DNA of 64,000 nucleotides from an uncultured archaeon. GTDB taxonomy: Archaea > Asgardarchaeota > Thorarchaeia > Thorarchaeales > Thorarchaeaceae. Position 1 is the stretch's first letter. Each line of letters opens with the position of its first letter. Made by a program: the position numbers and the translations under genes. This document shows positions 57,498 through 64,000 of this stretch, one piece after another. The stretch spans positions 33,058 through 97,057 of the forward strand of contig CAZSWP010000009.1 of assembly GCA_964610875.1 (NCBI GenBank), read 5' to 3'. The notes under the pieces are model-generated. The model was given only the letters and a program-made list of their open reading frames with translations, searched no databases and was not told the DNA's origin.

Positions 57498-58598
57498 TTA
57501 GCGTTTGTAATGATTCCTGATCACATCAATATAGTCTTGAACAGGAATCTTCCAACAATTGTTCTCCTTATCAAACAAATCAAAGAGTTGGAGATACTCC
57601 GAGTCGATGAGGTCCGGGAGATGGAACTGAAATGAGTATGAGTTGAGCTTGCTACGAATTAGTCTGAATCCTTGCATGAAATGCTTCAAGTCTGTTGTTG
57701 AAAGACCCATTCTGATACAGTATTTCGAGTCGTCCTCTATCAGAACTATCCCTGGAAATGGCATGTCTAGTATAGAATGGAGAACACCTGGTATGGAATC
57801 ATTGATGTCTATGAAACATGAGAACCAGAGCAGATCTCCTACAAATCCATAGGCTCTTTTGACTCCTCTCAAAACATCACTCTTTCTGAGTCTCTGAATT
57901 CGTTCTCTTATCTCTTCAATTGGCACATCAGTCAGAGAGGATAATGCAGTTGCAGATGTATCGGGGTCTATCTTGAGTTGCCTTACTATTGTGACATCAA
58001 TATTATCATAGTCTAGAATGTCACCGTGTGCTGTAAGCTCTATCGGAGATTCAACATCGTCTGTGAGATTGTCTTCAATATCATCTATCCATGTCTTCCA
58101 ATCCCAGACCCATTCACCACTTGGCCTATATTGTTGAAAATCAATCTCTTTTGATTTATAGTCGACAATCTCAAAGAAACTACACTTGTTGATGAGACCT
58201 GCTCCTTTCAACTCTTCTGTAAGATCATCCAAAGCTTCTGGATGAGTGAGGTCGTATACCGTGTGAATAAGATAACCATCATATTTCCCATGAGTGGGAA
58301 TATACCAGTAGAATATGGGTAGTTTTGACATAAGATCTTCTAGTTCTGCACCTCTCCCGGGGGCCTCCTGAACAATCAGTATTCTCTCTCCTAGGCCAAT
58401 CCTCCTCTCATAAGTCTGCATGAATGAAGGAAGGAGTATTCCTCGCTCCATTAATTTTGAGATTCGATAACGAACTGTTCGTGCTGGTACTTTGATTTTC
58501 TCGCCTATCTCAAGAGCTGTTGCATTGCCACCCATCTTGTCCAGTGCATCAAGGATTTTCAAATCCTTCCTGTCAAGATCGTATTCCTTTGACAACAC
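57498..58598 (-). CDS. Lrp/AsnC-type regulator with two HTH modules
   Basis: LDRKDLKILDAL...RTVRYRISKL and a second DNIDVTIVRQL...IRERIQRL. Confidence 0.8.
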   Translation of the reverse strand: MLSKEYDLDRKDLKILDALDKMGGNATALEIGEKIKVPARTVRYRISKLMERGILLPSFMQTYERRIGLGERILIVQEAPGRGAELEDLMSKLPIFYWYIPTHGKYDGYLIHTVYDLTHPEALDDLTEELKGAGLINKCSFFEIVDYKSKEIDFQQYRPSGEWVWDWKTWIDDIEDNLTDDVESPIELTAHGDILDYDNIDVTIVRQLKIDPDTSATALSSLTDVPIEEIRERIQRLRKSDVLRGVKRAYGFVGDLLWFSCFIDINDSIPGVLHSILDMPFPGIVLIEDDSKYCIRMGLSTTDLKHFMQGFRLIRSKLNSYSFQFHLPDLIDSEYLQLFDLFDKENNCWKIPVQDYIDVIRNHYKR

Positions 58599-58773
58599 AT
58601 CACATCCCTGAGCACATATGCCGAATTAATATTCATGGCATCATAAATCTGCGTTTTATCGCTAGATTGCTGACGGCAAAAGTCTTTTTAAGGGATTTGC
58701 CGTACGTAATATTGGTCTACGGCAAGATTATGGCGGTCAAATTGCCGTGGTCCGATGTAAATGGTGGAAAAAA

Positions 58774-59070
58774 ATGGCCGATGTCTTTGCTGGACTTGGT
58801 TTGACTGCGAGCTCAGTCGTAGTTCTTCGTGAATTAACAGATAAGGGTCCCATGACACCCAAACAAATTCGTGGCGAGGTCGACTTATCACAAAGAACTG
58901 TTTCTGATGCCCTCCGCAGACTCTATGATACTAGACTATGCAAGAAGATGCCAAACCTCGAAGATATGCGACAACCTCTTTATTATGCAAATAACTCACG
59001 TATGAAAGAGCTTGAGATTGACTTCAGTCAGAACCGTGCTATGTTTCGCGTACATAGAAGCCCCATCTAG
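58774..59070 (+). CDS. Winged-helix (MarR/TrmB-like) regulator
   Basis: LTDKGPMTPKQI...SQRTVSDALRRL...PNLEDMRQPLY; ATG after GGTGG. Confidence 0.8.
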   Translation: MADVFAGLGLTASSVVVLRELTDKGPMTPKQIRGEVDLSQRTVSDALRRLYDTRLCKKMPNLEDMRQPLYYANNSRMKELEIDFSQNRAMFRVHRSPI

Positions 59071-59209
59071 AATCATGTTTTGTGCTTGTATCTCTATCTG
59101 GATAAATCACTAGAGGATACTTCATACCTCTCACAAAGCAGGATTTTGTTTAGTATCAAAATAATGAGAGAGCAGTGGATTTGGATAATCGCACCACTGC
59201 ATTACTGTT

Positions 59210-59584
59210 CTATTTGAATATCCAGACAACTTGGACCGATGTGACATCTGTCAGAGTAAAGATGCTATTGACTTCTCCTCTGACCACTACTATCGAACCA
59301 ACTGCAGGGATATCTCCATCCCACTCAAAAGTTAAGCCATAGCTATCATCATCGAGGTCTGCGATGAAGACCCGTGTTCCAAGTATTGGCAGCGACACAA
59401 TTGCTGTTACTTCTCCTTTCACTGTTACAACAGTTCCAGTGTTTACATCTCCCTCATTGATATCTTGTATCGATGTGGCTCCAATTACTCCATCGTGCCA
59501 GGCTACGACTGAAATACCTACAACAATGAGAATGACAATTAGTACGTAGAGATTCTTTCTTGATGACTTCTTTTTCCTAGGCAA
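59210..59584 (-). CDS. Membrane-anchored OB-fold protein
   Basis: Basic N-terminus, TM, VTVKGEV...GSIVVVRGEV. Confidence 0.65.
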   Translation of the reverse strand: MPRKKKSSRKNLYVLIVILIVVGISVVAWHDGVIGATSIQDINEGDVNTGTVVTVKGEVTAIVSLPILGTRVFIADLDDDSYGLTFEWDGDIPAVGSIVVVRGEVNSIFTLTDVTSVQVVWIFK

Positions 59585-59726
59585 ATCTTTCCTCTCCCAA
59601 ACGAAATCAGTTGCTATCAGACTTCATTAGAATTGAATGGTGGTAGCGCAAGATCACCAACCATCAACAAGATAGATGGAAGAATGAACCTCCTTAATGC
59701 TTTTCGATTGCTAGAAATACTAGCTA

Positions 59727-60251
59727 TCAGAGCTTTAGTTGGAAAGTCTTCTTCACTTTTTCCAATTTGGGTTTGATCACAATACGACAGTATCCTTGGT
59801 TTGGATTAGTTCTATAGTAATTTTGATGGTAATCTTCTGCACGATAGAATTCTTCCAAAGGCATAATCTCAGTAACAATCGGATTCTTCCATTTTCCACT
59901 TTTCTCTAGTGTGGCTATGTACTGGTCTGCTTTTTCTCTCTGTTCTTCAGAGTGATAGAGGATTATTGAGCGATACTGAGTGCCTACATCTGCACCTTGT
60001 CGGTTTAATGTCGTAGGATCATGTGCTTCAAAAAAGACCTCGAGTATCTCATCAAAGCTGATATCTTCTTCATCATAATATATCTGGCACACTTCAGCAT
60101 GACCTGTCTTTCCTGCTGTCACATCTTTGTAGGTCGGATTCTTTGTATGGCCACCTGCGTATCCTGAAACGACGGATTTTACTCCTTTAATCTCTTGAAA
60201 TACCGCTTCAATGCACCAGAAGCATCCGCCACCTAATGTTATAGATTCCAT
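59727..60251 (-). CDS. msrA: Peptide-methionine (S)-S-oxide reductase
   Basis: [37 protein letters not shown]. Confidence 0.97.
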   Translation of the reverse strand: MESITLGGGCFWCIEAVFQEIKGVKSVVSGYAGGHTKNPTYKDVTAGKTGHAEVCQIYYDEEDISFDEILEVFFEAHDPTTLNRQGADVGTQYRSIILYHSEEQREKADQYIATLEKSGKWKNPIVTEIMPLEEFYRAEDYHQNYYRTNPNQGYCRIVIKPKLEKVKKTFQLKL

Positions 60252-60330
60252 AAGAAAAGATTCACACAGATATTAATTAACTATTGTAAATGCACATGGG
60301 ATTTCCCATAGTCCAAATGCTTGAATTGCA

Positions 60331-60975
60331 TCACAAAGCTTTCTTTGCAGCAGCAATCCAGCTCTTCACTTTTTCTAGGGTGAATTCGTAACCAGCTGGT
60401 ATTCGCACCTTCTCTTGTGCGACTGCTTTCTGAATCTGAACTAGAAGTTTGTTTGCGTCTGCTTTTGCAAGTCCTTTGAGGTCTTGAATTCCTACAGCAA
60501 CAACGATAGCTTCTGCATCTTCTTCAGATATTACTTCAAGCTCTGCAAAGCGTGCCATAGCAATCCATCTTTCTGCTTGACGTGACCTGACTCCCGTTAT
60601 TTCAGCAACTCTCTTTGCATCTGCATTAACTAAATCTTGGACACTATCAATTCCTTCTGCACGGAGTAGTTTTCCAAACTTATCTCCTATCCCCTCAATG
60701 GTTTCTATGGGTAGTTCACTCAGGACTACTTTTGCTTCTTTTACCTCAGGTACATATTCTTCTTCATCTTCTTCTACTTCAGGTAGAAAATCGTCAAGGT
60801 CAACTTCTTCTTTGTATCTCATGTATACAACTAGCGGGATACCCCAAGCTGCTACCATTAATGCATAAGCAATGGTCTGATCTATTCTCCACATCACAAC
60901 AGAAACTATTGCTAGAATGATTCCGATAATCACTGATATTACAAAAAGTGTGTCGCCCCTGATTCCCGAGCTCAT
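60331..60975 (-). CDS. DUF4332-like HhH protein with two N-terminal TMs
   Basis: IETIEGIG..FGKLLRAEGIDSVQDL, W..MA, VKSWIAAAK. Confidence 0.7.
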   Translation of the reverse strand: MSSGIRGDTLFVISVIIGIILAIVSVVMWRIDQTIAYALMVAAWGIPLVVYMRYKEEVDLDDFLPEVEEDEEEYVPEVKEAKVVLSELPIETIEGIGDKFGKLLRAEGIDSVQDLVNADAKRVAEITGVRSRQAERWIAMARFAELEVISEEDAEAIVVAVGIQDLKGLAKADANKLLVQIQKAVAQEKVRIPAGYEFTLEKVKSWIAAAKKAL

Positions 60976-61079
60976 CGCAAGTCAACTCTTTGCTATTGTA
61001 GATAGCTCTATCCGATATGAACTAACCGGCGATATCTATTTGTTGATTAGTCTAATCATGATATGAGTGAAGGTATGAA

Positions 61080-61385
61080 CTAACGATAGGCTTCAACAAA
61101 TCTGATTATTTCCCCTGTAATCGCGTCCAGAATCACGGTAATTCTATTATCATGTGCCATAATTTTGGTATCGTTATCAAACCAGGCGTAGCTATCATAT
61201 TTTCCGACGATTGTGGCTAGTATCTCTCCTGAATCCGCATCGAGAATCAAAGCTGGTTCATCATCGTCATTCCATGCAACCAACTTGGTTTCATCTCCAG
61301 ATAGAATTTGGTGGTCATACATACTTTTTGCCTGCTTTGACTTTCTATTATTCATATCTACGCTAAAATGCATTCGTTTGTACAA
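61080..61385 (-). CDS. Short hypothetical protein or fragment with two beta repeats
   Basis: ILDADSGEI / ILDAITGEI. Confidence 0.35.
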   Translation of the reverse strand: MYKRMHFSVDMNNRKSKQAKSMYDHQILSGDETKLVAWNDDDEPALILDADSGEILATIVGKYDSYAWFDNDTKIMAHDNRITVILDAITGEIIRFVEAYR

Positions 61386-61717
61386 AAACTATCTCGTTCA
61401 TAACGAAACAAACGTAAAAGATCAAGCCCTTTATTCCAGTCATCATCAGTCAAAGGCTTTGGATACATTTCAATCAGATAACATTCCTATTCGCATTAAA
61501 TAATTCTAATCAATATTTTATTTATATGATACAACCTGCTTGTTCTATATCGTTTACTATTTCATTCATTCAAATAACAAGAGTGTTCTTTCGATACTCA
61601 TTATGATGGCATTATTTTAGAACACGTGTTCTAAAACAGTATACCAACAGGAATCCCATAGATTGATTAACAGGTTCCAGTAAGCATCCTGAACATCACT
61701 TGCAATGAGGGAAGTGG

Positions 61718-63811
61718 ATGAAAATAGACTATCCGGCAACAAAGAGGGAGGATGTCATCGATGACTACCATGGTGTAAAGGTAGAAGATCCTTATCGCTG
61801 GTTAGAAGATATCTCAAATCCTGAAGTGCAGAACTGGATTGATCAGCAAAACAAGCTCGCAAAATCTGTACTAAGTTGTTACTCTGGAAGAGATATTGTC
61901 AGTAGAAGAACCAAAGAACTTCTTGAGTTTGAAACAATCATAGGAGAGGGACGTCTCTCCCTTGATATTCGTGAAACCTCTGATGGAGTTCGATTCTTCT
62001 ACATGTACAAAAATGCCGGTGCAAATCAGCCAATTCTGTGTTATCAAGATGGCGAAAATGGAAAACGAGTAGAGATAATCAACCCATTTGAAATCAATCC
62101 AGATGGGTCCACCTCAATTGATTGGTTTTATCCTTCTTGGGATGGAAGATATATTGCTTATGGCATATCTGACTTGGGTACCGAAGATAGCGTTCTTCAT
62201 GTATTTGATCTGAAAACCAACAAGAACCTGAGTGATATTATACCAAAGACACGATGGGCTAGCCTTGCCTGGAACAAAGAAAACACAGGTTTCTATTATT
62301 CAAGATACCCACTGCCTGGGACAGTCAGTGAAGAGCAGATGAATTACTACAAACATGTGTATTTTCATACACTGGGGACGGATTATCATGATGATCCAAA
62401 GGTTTTCGGAGATGGTAGAGCCCCTACCGAGATCTCTTTTGTTCGTACTTATCCTGATCATGGATGGATTTTACTTGGTGGCTGGCGGTATAATTCAGCT
62501 GATATCTATATCACAAGTAAGTCAGTCGATTCAAAACTGATTCCAATAATAGAGAGCGATTCAAAGGTGAGTGGTGCATATCTCTCTAAGAACTGCGTTT
62601 ATCTTGTGACTTTTGTCGGTGCTAAGAATGGTAGAATTCTTAGATACAACTTTGAAGAATTATCTGATGTGGAGAATATCCCTCAAGGCAAGATTGTTGT
62701 GGAAGAGAGCAAATATCCTATTGAAATCGGAAAGGTTTCCACTGACGACTACTTGTCATATGCAATACTTGAAGACGCGAGTAGCGGAATCCGAATCCAT
62801 GATTTAGAATCCGGTTCCCTCATTGATTCGATTGAGTTTCCATCTCCTGTGACTGTTAATTACATCAGAACATGTCCAAAGACAAAGAAACTGTATCTCT
62901 CGATATCCTCTTTTATTGAACCTGACTCTATTCAGATTTACGAGGTAGGAAAGGGGCTGCAGCCGTTCTATATTCCAAAAGTAAACTCGGACTCCAAAAA
63001 ATTCACGGTGCAACAAATTTGGTATGAATCAAAGGATGCGACAAAAGTACCCATGTTCGTGATCAGCCACAAAGACACCGTGCCAAACAAAAAAACTCCA
63101 GTCCTGATACGTGGTTACGGAAATGGTGGGATACCTTATACGCCCATGTTTCATCCGGAATATTCAATTTGGTTGGAGCGTGGTGGAGTGTTAGTCATAC
63201 CAAACATTAGAGGTGGCGGCGAATTTGGCGAGGACTGGGAGAAAATGGGAAGCAGAGCAAATAAGCAGAACACCTATGATGATTTCATCGCGGCCACTGA
63301 ATGGCTACATAATAATGGATATGGCTCTCCTGAAACAACGGCTATGATGGGCAGAAGTGCAGGTGGTCTCCTTGTCGGAGCTATATTAGTTCAACGTCCC
63401 GAACTCTATGCATCGGTCTATTGTGCAGTGCCACTATTAGATATGTTGAGGTATCCAGAATTTACTGTTGCAAAGATATGGATGTCTTATTGGGGCAATC
63501 CTAAAGTTAAGGAAGAATTTGATTGGTTATACCCGTACAGCCCCTATCACAATGTTAGAAAAGACGCAACATATCCGCCGGTTCTATTCTATTCTGCAAT
63601 GGGTGATATACGTGTTGACCCCTCTCATGCGATGAAGATGGCAGCGAGTATGCAGGAAGCCATTGAGTCGCATGACACTGATCATCCAATACTTCTCAAA
63701 GTTGACCGAGGAGCTGGTCATGGCGTCGGTCTTTCAAGTGAGAAATTAGTAGAGATTAGAACAGACCAAGTAATTTTTCATGCGAAACACACAGGTCTAA
63801 CACTAAAATAG
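61718..63811 (+). CDS. Prolyl oligopeptidase (S9A)
   Basis: EDPYRWLE, NIRGGGEFG, catalytic GRSAGG, DIRV, AGHG. Confidence 0.95.
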   Translation: MKIDYPATKREDVIDDYHGVKVEDPYRWLEDISNPEVQNWIDQQNKLAKSVLSCYSGRDIVSRRTKELLEFETIIGEGRLSLDIRETSDGVRFFYMYKNAGANQPILCYQDGENGKRVEIINPFEINPDGSTSIDWFYPSWDGRYIAYGISDLGTEDSVLHVFDLKTNKNLSDIIPKTRWASLAWNKENTGFYYSRYPLPGTVSEEQMNYYKHVYFHTLGTDYHDDPKVFGDGRAPTEISFVRTYPDHGWILLGGWRYNSADIYITSKSVDSKLIPIIESDSKVSGAYLSKNCVYLVTFVGAKNGRILRYNFEELSDVENIPQGKIVVEESKYPIEIGKVSTDDYLSYAILEDASSGIRIHDLESGSLIDSIEFPSPVTVNYIRTCPKTKKLYLSISSFIEPDSIQIYEVGKGLQPFYIPKVNSDSKKFTVQQIWYESKDATKVPMFVISHKDTVPNKKTPVLIRGYGNGGIPYTPMFHPEYSIWLERGGVLVIPNIRGGGEFGEDWEKMGSRANKQNTYDDFIAATEWLHNNGYGSPETTAMMGRSAGGLLVGAILVQRPELYASVYCAVPLLDMLRYPEFTVAKIWMSYWGNPKVKEEFDWLYPYSPYHNVRKDATYPPVLFYSAMGDIRVDPSHAMKMAASMQEAIESHDTDHPILLKVDRGAGHGVGLSSEKLVEIRTDQVIFHAKHTGLTLK

Positions 63812-64000
63812 ACATGAATCCTAATTGGGGGACTTGTAGGAGTTGGTTAAGGAAGGACTACCTCCGGCTGAAGACGTCCTAAAATATATTAAGAAGAGGA
63901 AGGATAAACCTTCTTACACGTAATTTGATGCTCATAGCACTCCTACTTGAGTGGAACGTATGCAGAGCTCTTCGTTGCGCCAATGCCGGGATTACCATGC

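Noticed and set aside
59168-59203. GCAGTGG...CCACTGC inverted repeat
   Set aside because: Short stem between convergent genes; at most an ordinary terminator
63840-63923. Protein-like fragment ELVKEGLPPAEDVLKYIKKRKDKPSYT*
   Set aside because: Preceded by an in-frame stop and too short to assign; possibly a gene remnant
1-64000. CRISPR arrays, rRNA genes, transposases and integrases
   Set aside because: No regularly spaced short repeats, rRNA signatures or recombinase motifs were found by eye

Overview
Gene-dense archaeal chromosome segment, most likely from an Asgard archaeon. The Thorarchaeota-like call is inferred from two tandem profilin-type genes, rpl38e, GGTGA/GGAGG ribosome-binding sites and TATA-type promoters. 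The left ~20 kb is housekeeping: pus10 (missed by the ORF track), geranylgeranyl reductase, pth2, truD, NusA-like, alba, beta-CASP RNase, rpl38e, an intron-containing tRNA-Val(CAC), rpl40e (also missed), sucCD, a degenerate Ski2-like helicase with a SWIM finger, PAC2, Nip7, Nop2/RsmB, cytosine deaminase and threonine synthase. The 21-34 kb region is a MoxR/DUF58/DUF4350/DUF4129 operon led by a 2272-aa Ig-repeat surface protein whose transglutaminase-like domain has lost its catalytic triad. The right half is accessory and includes regulators, a Cys/His-rich ABC cluster, a truncated caspase-family gene, msrA and a prolyl oligopeptidase. Two unannotated signals stand out. The first is a ~180-nt element present twice, at ~1285-1465 and ~43033-43210, that folds into a long rod with compensatory base changes and has an alternative fold; it is a candidate new structured RNA or non-autonomous mobile element. 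The second is a three-micropeptide operon at 39320-39651, two of whose peptides share an STDAIx(Y/F)xYxYR C-terminus. No CRISPR array, rRNA or transposase was seen. All family calls are by eye from motifs; no database searches were run.
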